A DNA stretch of 43,134 bases. Source: Synechococcus sp. BS30m-G31. Its GTDB lineage: Bacteria > Cyanobacteriota > Cyanobacteriia > PCC-6307 > Cyanobiaceae. A program made the position numbers and the translations under genes. Shown here piece after piece: positions 21,712-30,571 of the stretch. How positions within the stretch are numbered: position 1 is the first letter of the stretch; each line of letters opens with the position of its first letter. Below the pieces are notes generated by a model. It was not told where the DNA came from. It saw only the letters and a program-made list of their open reading frames with translations, and ran no database searches. The DNA is taken from contig JADHRU010000001.1 in the NCBI GenBank assembly GCA_016777265.1, forward strand, positions 1 through 43,134, written 5' to 3'.

Positions 21712-22095
21712 CGTGCTGCGGGCTCGAATGCGCTGGGGGAGTGACCCAAGTTTTCACAGCGGTGCTCGAAGCGCAATGGGGTTGTTTTGTTCACGCCTTT
21801 TCGGCTGTTGTTCTTTAAAGAATTTAAAAAAGAAATTAACAACAGTCGTAGTAGGGCCTGGGGAATTGGGGAAAACAGGTCGTTTTGTAGGCAGGCACTG
21901 ATTCTTTTGGCGTCATCTCCTTGGGATAAAAAATTCGCCTTTGTGGGAAAAATTGCCGTTTTCCACTTCTTCACAGGTGGTGGAAGGTTGGTGTTGTGTC
22001 GAGCTGTTGGTTTCGGTGCTGATTTCCACAGAGTGTTGGGTGGGTTTTGATTTGTTTTCCGCAGTCGCTTTATGGGCTGTCTTCACTGAAAAGTC
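21712..22095. promoter_or_regulatory. Probable chromosomal replication origin (oriC)
   Basis: Non-coding gap upstream of dnaN. One-mismatch copies of TTTTCCACA at 21867-21875(-), 21942-21950(-), 21959-21967(+), 22022-22030(+), 22055-22063(+). Two-mismatch boxes at 21750, 21921, 21967. AT-rich tract at 21811-21842. Confidence 0.78.
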
Positions 22096-22120
22096 AAAAA
22101 AAACCCCTGGATAGGGGCTT
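22096..22120 (-). terminator. Intrinsic terminator downstream of thrC
   Basis: Minus strand aagCCCCT-atcc-AGGGG followed by T8; starts about 35 nt after the thrC stop. Confidence 0.85.
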
Positions 22121-22153
22121 GTTGTTGAGGAGGTTGTGATGACTAAGAGCTCA

Positions 22154-23266
22154 TCACGAGAAGCCCATCACCTTGGCCACCGTGTCGAGATCTGGATTGA
22201 GATCCGTATGGAAGGCTGCGTCGTTGTTATTGATGGCGCAATCAGGGTCTTTAAGGCCATTCCCCGTGAGCACGCACACCACCGTTGCTCCGGCAGGAAC
22301 TTCGTCTTTCCGCTTAAGCAGGCCAGCCACAGAGGCTGCACTGGCCGGTTCGCAGAAGATTCCTTCTCCACCACCTAAGAGCTTGTAGGCATTGATGATC
22401 TCCTCATCCGTGACGTCAAGGAAGGCCCCATTACTGGCTTCCCGTACAGCCATCGCCTTGGCGCGATTGACGGGGTTACCAATCCGAATGGCGGTGGCGA
22501 TGGTGTTTGGATCACTCACGGTGGTGTCGTAAACAAGGGGAGCTGACCCGTTGGCTTGGAAGCCCATCATTCGAGGCAAGGTGCGGCTTTTACCCGCCTG
22601 GTGGTATTCCTGGAAACCCATCCAGTAAGCGGTGATGTTTCCGGCATTTCCCATCGGAATGCAGAGCCAGTCAGGAGCCTCGCCAAGGGCATCAACAACT
22701 TCAAACGCAGCGGTTTTCTGTCCCTGAAGTCGGTAGGGATTCACTGAGTTCACCAAGGTGACTGGAAACTGATCGGCCGCCTCACGAACGATGTCGAGGG
22801 CACGATCAAAATTGCCTCGGATGGCGAGCACCTCGGCTCCGTACACCAGGGCCTGTGCCAGCTTCCCTTGGGCAACGTACCCATCAGGGATCAACACGAA
22901 GGCCCTCATCCCCGCCCGTCGGGCGTAGGCAGCGGCAGCTGCACTGGTATTCCCTGTACTGGCGCAAATGACCGCTTCACAGCCAGCCTCTTTGGCTTTG
23001 CTGATGGCCATCGTCATTCCGCGATCTTTGAACGATCCGGTGGGGTTGAGGCCGTCGTACTTCACGAAGACCCGCACGCCCTTTCCAATGCGCTCGGCAA
23101 TGGTGGGAACAGGAATTAAGGGGGTTGCCCCTTCATGCAGCGTGATAACTGGAGTTTTGGCGCTGACGGGGAGCCATTCTCTGTAGGCCTCGATCAAACC
23201 AGGCCAGTCCTGCATCACAGGATTGGCTGTGAAACGCCGACGAAGGTTTTGGAACAAGGACACCAA
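22154..23266 (-). CDS. thrC: Threonine synthase
   Basis: [13 protein letters not shown]-lysine motif, [28 protein letters not shown]; alternative start at MQDWPG (23215). Confidence 0.96.
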   Translation of the reverse strand: MVSLFQNLRRRFTANPVMQDWPGLIEAYREWLPVSAKTPVITLHEGATPLIPVPTIAERIGKGVRVFVKYDGLNPTGSFKDRGMTMAISKAKEAGCEAVICASTGNTSAAAAAYARRAGMRAFVLIPDGYVAQGKLAQALVYGAEVLAIRGNFDRALDIVREAADQFPVTLVNSVNPYRLQGQKTAAFEVVDALGEAPDWLCIPMGNAGNITAYWMGFQEYHQAGKSRTLPRMMGFQANGSAPLVYDTTVSDPNTIATAIRIGNPVNRAKAMAVREASNGAFLDVTDEEIINAYKLLGGGEGIFCEPASAASVAGLLKRKDEVPAGATVVCVLTGNGLKDPDCAINNNDAAFHTDLNPDLDTVAKVMGFS

Positions 23267-23314
23267 AGGTTGGACAGGTGACCTGAAATCTACGAGGCGC
23301 TCGTCATTGCGGAT

Positions 23315-23896
23315 TTATGAGTTGGGGTCTTTCAGTCCGTCGAGCGGAGAATCGGAGAAAAATTTCACCAAGCTGGCAATCGACTCTGCTTTTTCAATCA
23401 CTGCGAACAATGCAGGAAGATTGACCGCCATCACTTGATTTGGGTAGGCCTTGAGGAATCCAACAGCGGTTAGTCCGTCAGTGTGTTGAAGGCCATTGAT
23501 GATGCCGGCACGGATGGCCGGAACACTCACTTCCGCTTGTGGTGTGTATATCGGATGAATGATCCGGGCGACACGGCGAATGATGGCTTCACCAATCCGA
23601 GTGTTGATCAGACGGCTTGTGAGCACAAGAGGGACGGACAATTGCTGATTGAGCAACTTCGATATCTCCTCCGGATCCTGCTTGGAGATGTCCAGGAGAT
23701 TGCCCAGAAGTCCGATGGCTTCACCTGTATTGGCCAGATGTTCGAACTCCATCACGGGGATCGAACGACGAAAACCACCACTAACCAGAGCTACGTCCGT
23801 TGCTGCAAGGCTTGGGCTCCCGACTGTGAAAAAACTGAGGCTCAGCCCAGTTGACCATGCGAGCAATGTGCGTCGCAGCGTTTGGGTTGAGGACAT
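23315..23896 (-). CDS. Exported DUF1400-like protein (alpha/beta hydrolase N-terminal domain)
   Basis: Signal peptide ending SLA; RSIPV.EFE.LA.TGE and AIRAGII...LTAVGFLKAYP pattern; no GxSxG. Confidence 0.75.
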   Translation of the reverse strand: MSSTQTLRRTLLAWSTGLSLSFFTVGSPSLAATDVALVSGGFRRSIPVMEFEHLANTGEAIGLLGNLLDISKQDPEEISKLLNQQLSVPLVLTSRLINTRIGEAIIRRVARIIHPIYTPQAEVSVPAIRAGIINGLQHTDGLTAVGFLKAYPNQVMAVNLPALFAVIEKAESIASLVKFFSDSPLDGLKDPNS

Positions 23897-23920
23897 CCGG
23901 ACTTAGGAATTGTTGGAAAC

Positions 23921-25783
23921 TTAGGTGGCAACTCCCGCTGCTACGCGGACTAGGCGGACAACTCCTCGTTCGGCCAAACCTTGAGCAACTTGGAAACCCA
24001 TGCGGCGCGCATCTGGTTCTTTGAACACCCTTGGCATGCGCTTTAGAACGAGATCGGGTGTGAATCCTGGTAGAGATTGCAATACAGCAATGAGTTCTCG
24101 AACCGGCTCTAGTTGCATGAACGGATCGATTGATCCTCCATAGGTCATGGATGACATCCCTGCAGGTTGAAGCCCCCTCGGGAGTCGTCGTCCAAGACGT
24201 TGCATGGTTGACCAGCCCAAAGCATCGAGGCGATCAACCGTTGCCTCTACCAATTGATTGCGTAGTAATCCAGCCTTTGGCGAAAAGAGGAAATCAAGTA
24301 GTTGATCCAACAATGTGTCGAGGTCGAGCTGAGCTTGACTGGCAGCACTGGACACTAAATCTTCAAGTCGGCTCCAACGGAAAGCATCGCCGTCAAAGAG
24401 CATCTCTTTAAGACTCTGACGCAGCTGTGGATCTGGATCTTCCATGAGCCGTCGTGCGAAATAGGGGTAGGCGGCGCCCAGGATTTTGAATTCAGGATCC
24501 ACACTCAGAGCGATTCCCTCCAGGGTCACAAGTGAGCGGATGATCAGGGCGTAATAGGGGGGAACTCGGAATGGAAATTTGTACATCACACCCGACATGT
24601 CGTCCGTCACTGCTTTGAAATCCATGCGGTTCACACCGGCTTGGAGGGCTTGACTAAAAACTTTTTCGAAAGCAGGAACAATCGGTTCGAGATTGACATC
24701 TTCAGCTAAAAATCCAAGGGTGACAAAGTCTTTTGATAGGCGACCAAAATTTCGGTTCACCAAATGAACAACAGCTTGAATTAAGCCCGTGCGCGACTCC
24801 CGGCTCACTTCACTCATCATCCCGAAGTCGAGGTAGCAAAGCCTTCCATCTTCCATCGCAAGGAGATTTCCTGGATGGGGATCCGCATGGAAAAATCCAT
24901 GCTCTAGAAGTTGCTGAAGGCTGCAATTCACCCCAACTTCCACCATGTCGTCGGGATCGATTCCCATCTCACGCACCCCTTCAAGGTTGGTGAGTTTGAC
25001 GCCGTCGATCCATTCCATCGTTAGGACGCGACGACTGGTGGCTTCGTGATAAATAACGGGGACAGCAATACGAGGATTGTGTTGATGTAAAACCCCAAAC
25101 TTTTCAGCGTTATTGGCTTCATTGATGTAATCCATTTCTTCGAACACCCGTTTACCGAGCTCATCGATTAAGGCAACAAGATCGCTACGGATTAGGCCGA
25201 TGTTTGTGTTAAGCCACGATGCAATATTTCTAACAATGTAAAGATCAAGCGTGATCTGCTCGCGCAGCCCAGGGCGTTGAACTTTGACCGCTACTTTTTG
25301 ACCACTTTTCAAGATCCCCTTATGCACTTGACCGAGGGATGCTGCTGAGATTGGATCTCGATCCAATTGCTCATAAAAATCCTCAACCGGCCCTCCAAGG
25401 TCTTCCTCGATGCACGCCATCGCCAGTTCACTGTCGAAGCCTGGCAATTGATCTTGAAGTTGGGCTAGCTCCTCTAAAAGCAGCGGAGGAATGATGTCTG
25501 GTCGCGTCGACAAGGCTTGCCCGGCTTTGATGAAGGCTGGGCCGAGATCCACTAATAATTCTGCGCATTCTTTGGCGCGCGATCTCGCCCGCGTTTCATC
25601 TTTAAGCAGTTGGAACAACCAGTCGAAGGTCACGCCAAAGAGCAAGAGGCCGATGGGAACCAATGTTTGCCATAGCCGCCGTATCAAGCGTTGAGGGTGG
25701 CCTGCATAAATCCGCGTAATGGCGGCAGGGTCGTACTCGAGCAGACCAGCTGCCTCGATGAAATCCCCAAGTTCCGCCGCCAT
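23921..25783 (-). CDS. ABC1/AarF/UbiB atypical kinase
   Basis: LGPAFIKAGQALSTRPD, AASLGQVH, VAVKVQRP, FFHADPHPGN, LDFGM. Confidence 0.95.
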   Translation of the reverse strand: MAAELGDFIEAAGLLEYDPAAITRIYAGHPQRLIRRLWQTLVPIGLLLFGVTFDWLFQLLKDETRARSRAKECAELLVDLGPAFIKAGQALSTRPDIIPPLLLEELAQLQDQLPGFDSELAMACIEEDLGGPVEDFYEQLDRDPISAASLGQVHKGILKSGQKVAVKVQRPGLREQITLDLYIVRNIASWLNTNIGLIRSDLVALIDELGKRVFEEMDYINEANNAEKFGVLHQHNPRIAVPVIYHEATSRRVLTMEWIDGVKLTNLEGVREMGIDPDDMVEVGVNCSLQQLLEHGFFHADPHPGNLLAMEDGRLCYLDFGMMSEVSRESRTGLIQAVVHLVNRNFGRLSKDFVTLGFLAEDVNLEPIVPAFEKVFSQALQAGVNRMDFKAVTDDMSGVMYKFPFRVPPYYALIIRSLVTLEGIALSVDPEFKILGAAYPYFARRLMEDPDPQLRQSLKEMLFDGDAFRWSRLEDLVSSAASQAQLDLDTLLDQLLDFLFSPKAGLLRNQLVEATVDRLDALGWSTMQRLGRRLPRGLQPAGMSSMTYGGSIDPFMQLEPVRELIAVLQSLPGFTPDLVLKRMPRVFKEPDARRMGFQVAQGLAERGVVRLVRVAAGVAT

Positions 25784-25859
25784 TGTTTTGGGCTTGTAAT
25801 GCTCCCCTTCTAAACGAACTGCATCGCCGCTACGTTCGAATTCACCACCGGTGCTGGTT

Positions 25860-27545
25860 GTGCTGACCGGTCTTCAACTCAACAACATTGCTCTGATCGA
25901 CAGCCTGGAGCTGGATTTTTGTGGTGGTTTCACTGTTCTCACAGGTGAAACCGGAGCCGGAAAATCAATTCTCTTGGATGCCCTTGATGCGGTTTTAGGG
26001 GGGGCTCAGGGAGCGAATGGCCTTCGATTGCTGCGCAGTGGCTGCGACCGTGCTCAGATTGAGGCAAGTTTCAATCCTTCCGATCAAGTTCGTCAGTGGC
26101 TTTTGGAAGCGGACATCGACTGCGACGACGACGAGTTGCTCCTGAGTCGTGAATGGAAGCGTCAAGACGAGACCCGTTTTTCAAGTCGGTCTCGTCTGAA
26201 TGGAATTTCAGTGAATCGACAGCAGCTTTTGGAGTTGCGGCCACTGTTGATTGATCTAACCGTTCAAGGACAAACGCAGCAGCTCTCCCGGCCTGGTCAG
26301 CAGCGCCGTTGGCTGGATCAACTGGGCGGGGCCGCCTTGGCAGAGCGGCTGGACTCGACGAGGACGACATGGCAGCGGTGGAAAGCCGCGGCCATCGCAT
26401 TGAAAACCTCTGAGCAAGAACGAGAGCGATTTGAGCAAGAGCGCTTGGAACAAGAGGATTTGTTGGATCTCCTTGAGAAAGCTGATCTTGATGATCCAGC
26501 TGAGGATGGTTTGCTCGAACAGGAACAGGACCGTTTGGTTCACGGTGTGAGGTTGCAGGAGGGTTTGGGTCTGCTCTTTGGTCGTTTGCGGGATGGGGCA
26601 GAACAAGCACCCTCGTTGCAGGAGCACTTCGCAGTGGCCATTCAGGAGTTGCAGGCGATGAGCCAATTGGATGGTTCGGTGCAGCCGTTGTGCGATCAGG
26701 CCTTGGACCTCGAGGCTGGTATCAACGACCTACTGCACTCTCTCGACGACTACAGCTGCACTTTGGACAGCAATCCTGAACGACTCGGCTCGATTCAAGA
26801 GCGACTTGCCGATTTGAAACGCTTGCAACGACGCCACGGTCTTGATTTGGCGGCTTTGATTGAACGTCGCGATCACTTGCGTCTCGTCTTGGACGAGGGT
26901 GGAGCTGCAGCCGATCTTGACCGGCTGCGTTTGGCCGAAGAAATTGCTCGGGCCGATCGGGATGAGGCCAATGCTCAGTTGCATGCTGCCCGCCTCAAGG
27001 CGGCTGATTCTCTTCAGGCATCGTTGCTTGAGCTACTGCCTCCGATGGGGTTGGCCAATGTCCGTTTTCAGGTGGAGCTATCGGAATCAGAGCCAGCGGA
27101 CCATGGCGCAGATGCCATTCGTTTTCTCTTTTCCGCGAATCCAGGTCAGCCGCTAGCTCCTCTGCAGGACGTTGCATCAGGTGGTGAGATGTCGCGTTTC
27201 TTGCTGGCTTTGAAGACCACGCTTGCCACTGTCGATGGATCAAGCACCTTGCTTTTTGATGAAATTGATGCGGGTGTCAGCGGTCGGGTCAGCGGGGCAA
27301 TGGCGGAGTTGCTTCATGTCTTGGCTCAGAGTCGTCAGGTGTTTTGCGTCACCCATCAGCCCTTGGTGGCAGCCGTTGCCGATCATCACTTCCGGGTGTC
27401 TAAACACGTCGATGCTGGGGTCACCCATTCGCGAGTGTCCCAACTGCGGGACACCCAACAGCGTCGCCAGGAACTAGCGGATTTGGCTGGTGGTGACCAG
27501 GCAGATGCCTATGCAGCCAGCTTGCTGGCCCCAAAAACAGCCTGA
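25860..27545 (+). CDS. recN: DNA repair protein RecN
   Basis: LTGETGAGKS Walker A, long coiled coil, ASGGEMSR, FDEIDAGVSG, VTHQP. Confidence 0.96.
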   Translation: MLTGLQLNNIALIDSLELDFCGGFTVLTGETGAGKSILLDALDAVLGGAQGANGLRLLRSGCDRAQIEASFNPSDQVRQWLLEADIDCDDDELLLSREWKRQDETRFSSRSRLNGISVNRQQLLELRPLLIDLTVQGQTQQLSRPGQQRRWLDQLGGAALAERLDSTRTTWQRWKAAAIALKTSEQERERFEQERLEQEDLLDLLEKADLDDPAEDGLLEQEQDRLVHGVRLQEGLGLLFGRLRDGAEQAPSLQEHFAVAIQELQAMSQLDGSVQPLCDQALDLEAGINDLLHSLDDYSCTLDSNPERLGSIQERLADLKRLQRRHGLDLAALIERRDHLRLVLDEGGAAADLDRLRLAEEIARADRDEANAQLHAARLKAADSLQASLLELLPPMGLANVRFQVELSESEPADHGADAIRFLFSANPGQPLAPLQDVASGGEMSRFLLALKTTLATVDGSSTLLFDEIDAGVSGRVSGAMAELLHVLAQSRQVFCVTHQPLVAAVADHHFRVSKHVDAGVTHSRVSQLRDTQQRRQELADLAGGDQADAYAASLLAPKTA

Positions 27546-27590
27546 ACCGGCAGGTTTTACTTAGGATTGCGTGCTTTAGACCCGGGCCTC

Positions 27591-30563
27591 ATGGTGCGAG
27601 CCGCTGCCAAGAGTGCTGATGGGTCAGGTCCGATGAACCTGTCCGGCGGGACTCTCGAGGATGTGATTCGGGTGCGGGGTGCTCGCCAGCACAATCTCAA
27701 AAACGTCGACATCACCATTCCACGTAACAAGCTGGTGGTGTTCACCGGGGTGAGTGGAAGCGGTAAGAGCTCCTTGGCGTTCGACACAATTTTTGCTGAG
27801 GGTCAGCGGCGTTATGTCGAAAGCCTGTCGGCCTATGCACGCCAGTTCCTGGGCCAGGTGGATAAGCCTGATGTCGATGCGATTGAAGGTCTGTCTCCGG
27901 CCATTTCGATTGATCAGAAATCAACGAGCCATAACCCCCGTTCCACGGTTGGCACCGTTACCGAAATCCAGGATTACCTCCGACTTTTGTTTGGTCGGGC
28001 GGGTGAGCCGCATTGTCCCCAGTGCGACCGGTCGATTCGACCTCAGAGCATTGACGAAATGGTTGATCAAATTCTCCTGTTGCCAGAGGAGACGCGGTAT
28101 CAGCTGTTGGCTCCCGTTGTTCGCGGCAAAAAGGGTACCCACACCAAATTGATCAGCGGGCTTGCCGCTGAAGGATTTGCCCGCGTTCGCATCAACGGTG
28201 AAGTGCGGGAACTTGCTGACAACATTGAGTTGGACAAGAACCACAGCCACAACATTGAGGTGGTGGTGGATCGCCTGGTGGCTCGTGAAGGCATCCAGGA
28301 ACGGCTCACCGATTCCTTACGCACTGCCTTGAAGCGCGGTGATGGCCTGGCCTTGGTGGAGGTCGTTCCGAAGAAAGGTGAGGGGCTTCCGGATGGCGTT
28401 GATCGGGAACGCCTTTATTCCGAAAACTATGCCTGTCCTGTTCACGGCGCTGTGATGGAGGAATTGTCTCCGCGGTTGTTTTCTTTCAACAGTCCTTACG
28501 GCGCTTGTGAGGTCTGTCACGGGATTGGCCATCTGCGTAAGTTCACCTCCGACCGTGTAGTTCCAGATCCAACCCAGCCGGTGTATGCGGCCGTTGCACC
28601 TTGGGCTGAAAAAGACAATAGCTATTACTTCTCGCTTCTTTATTCCGTTGGTGAAGCTTTTGGCTTTGAAATTAAAACTCCCTGGAAAGATTTAACCGAT
28701 GAGCAGAGAGATATACTTCTCAATGGTAGTAGTGGACCGATTCTTATTCAGGCTGATAGCCGATATCAGAAAGGAAAGCCCGGTTATACAAGACCTTTTG
28801 AAGGAATTTTGCCGATTTTGGAGCGTCAACTTCGCGACGTTAGTGGTGAAGCTCAGCGCCAAAAACTAGAAAAATATCTTGAACTCGTTCCCTGCCTGGC
28901 ATGCGGAGGTAAGCGTCTGCGTCCGGAGGCTCTCGCCGTCAAAGTCGGTCCTTTCCGAATCACGGATCTCACATCAGTAAGTGTTGATCAAACCCTTGAG
29001 AGAATTGAACAGATGATGGGTGTAGGCGCCCATGAGGGTTCAGAACCCTTACTCAATTCTCGTCAGATCCAAATTGGTGATCTGGTGCTTCGAGAAATTC
29101 GGCTTCGACTTCGTTTTCTTCTCGATGTGGGTTTGGATTATCTAAGCCTCGACAGGCCAGCAATGACGTTGTCCGGTGGTGAAGCCCAAAGGATCCGTTT
29201 GGCCACCCAGATTGGGGCTGGCCTTACAGGTGTTCTTTATGTGCTCGATGAGCCGAGCATTGGCCTTCATCAGCGCGATAACGACCGTTTGCTGAACACC
29301 CTTAGGCGTCTACGAGACCTTGGAAACACATTGGTTGTTGTGGAACACGATGAAGACACCATCCGTGCTGCAGATCACTTAGTTGATATTGGCCCCGGGG
29401 CGGGAATTCATGGGGGTCACATTGTTGCTGAGGGTTCTTTCGATGATTTGCTCAATAGCGAAGACTCTCTGACAGGGGCTTACCTCAGTGGTCGTCGATC
29501 AATTCCCACTCCAGCAGAACGACGTGAGGAGGGAACAAGACGGCTGCAGTTGATGAATTGCAATCGCAATAATCTTAAAAATGTCAACGTTGATTTTCCG
29601 CTTGGTCGCCTGGTTTCTGTGACTGGCGTAAGTGGTAGTGGAAAAAGCACACTCGTGAACGAATTGTTGCATCCTGCCCTCGAAAATGGACTTGGTTTGA
29701 AAGTTCCCTTCCCTACAGGTTTAGGTGAATTACGTGGTATTAAATCGATCGATAAAGTAATTATTATTGATCAAAGTCCAATTGGTCGGACTCCCAGATC
29801 AAATCCCGCCACTTATACCGGAGCCTTTGACCCAATCCGACAAATTTTTGCTGCCACAGTTGAAGCGAAAGCCCGTGGATATCAGGTTGGTCAATTTAGC
29901 TTTAATGTTAAGGGCGGTCGTTGTGAATCCTGTCGAGGACAGGGTGTAAATGTTATTGAAATGAATTTTCTTCCCGACGTTTATGTTCAATGTGATGTCT
30001 GTAAAGGTGCTCGTTTTAATCGCGAAACTCTTCAAGTGAAATACAAAGGCCACACGATTGCTGATGTGCTTCAGATGACAGTCGAGCAAGCTGCTGAAGT
30101 GTTTTCTGCCATTCCTCAAGCAGCGGATCGCTTGCGCACATTGGTGGATGTTGGTCTTGGATACATCAAGCTCGGCCAACCTGCTCCAACGTTGTCTGGA
30201 GGTGAGGCTCAGAGGGTGAAGTTGGCGACAGAGTTATCACGTCGGGCGACAGGAAAAACGCTTTATTTAATCGACGAACCAACCACGGGATTGAGCTTTT
30301 ATGACGTCCATAAATTGATGGATGTTATGCAACGCCTTGTTGATAAAGGTAATTCAATTATTTGTATTGAGCACAATCTTGATGTGATTCGATGTAGCGA
30401 TTGGGTCATTGACCTTGGACCTGAAGGGGGTGATCGTGGAGGCGAACTTCTCGTGACTGGAACGCCAGAGCAGGTGGCTCAACATGGGAGCAGCCACACT
30501 GGTCGCTATCTCAGCCATGTGCTCGAGCAGCATCCTCCTCAAGTTCCGGCCGAAGCCGCTTGA
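27591..30563 (+). CDS. uvrA: Excinuclease ABC subunit A
   Basis: GARQHNLKN, two GVSGSGKS Walker A motifs, two LSGGEAQR signatures, Zn fingers. Confidence 0.98.
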   Translation: MVRAAAKSADGSGPMNLSGGTLEDVIRVRGARQHNLKNVDITIPRNKLVVFTGVSGSGKSSLAFDTIFAEGQRRYVESLSAYARQFLGQVDKPDVDAIEGLSPAISIDQKSTSHNPRSTVGTVTEIQDYLRLLFGRAGEPHCPQCDRSIRPQSIDEMVDQILLLPEETRYQLLAPVVRGKKGTHTKLISGLAAEGFARVRINGEVRELADNIELDKNHSHNIEVVVDRLVAREGIQERLTDSLRTALKRGDGLALVEVVPKKGEGLPDGVDRERLYSENYACPVHGAVMEELSPRLFSFNSPYGACEVCHGIGHLRKFTSDRVVPDPTQPVYAAVAPWAEKDNSYYFSLLYSVGEAFGFEIKTPWKDLTDEQRDILLNGSSGPILIQADSRYQKGKPGYTRPFEGILPILERQLRDVSGEAQRQKLEKYLELVPCLACGGKRLRPEALAVKVGPFRITDLTSVSVDQTLERIEQMMGVGAHEGSEPLLNSRQIQIGDLVLREIRLRLRFLLDVGLDYLSLDRPAMTLSGGEAQRIRLATQIGAGLTGVLYVLDEPSIGLHQRDNDRLLNTLRRLRDLGNTLVVVEHDEDTIRAADHLVDIGPGAGIHGGHIVAEGSFDDLLNSEDSLTGAYLSGRRSIPTPAERREEGTRRLQLMNCNRNNLKNVNVDFPLGRLVSVTGVSGSGKSTLVNELLHPALENGLGLKVPFPTGLGELRGIKSIDKVIIIDQSPIGRTPRSNPATYTGAFDPIRQIFAATVEAKARGYQVGQFSFNVKGGRCESCRGQGVNVIEMNFLPDVYVQCDVCKGARFNRETLQVKYKGHTIADVLQMTVEQAAEVFSAIPQAADRLRTLVDVGLGYIKLGQPAPTLSGGEAQRVKLATELSRRATGKTLYLIDEPTTGLSFYDVHKLMDVMQRLVDKGNSIICIEHNLDVIRCSDWVIDLGPEGGDRGGELLVTGTPEQVAQHGSSHTGRYLSHVLEQHPPQVPAEAA

Positions 30564-30571
30564 TATCACCC

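Noticed and set aside
21708-22050. ORF-track ORFs of 62-88 aa in the dnaN-thrC gap
   Set aside because: No protein-like features, mutually overlapping, and better explained by the origin region
23216-23266. thrC N-terminal extension with RRR as a Tat signal
   Set aside because: No hydrophobic stretch follows, the enzyme is cytoplasmic, and the start may be the downstream MQDW
25815-25838. CGAAC...GTTCG inverted repeat upstream of recN as a LexA box
   Set aside because: The 14-nt spacer does not fit GAAC-N4-GTTC, and the sequence does not match the cyanobacterial GTAC-N4-GTWC-type box
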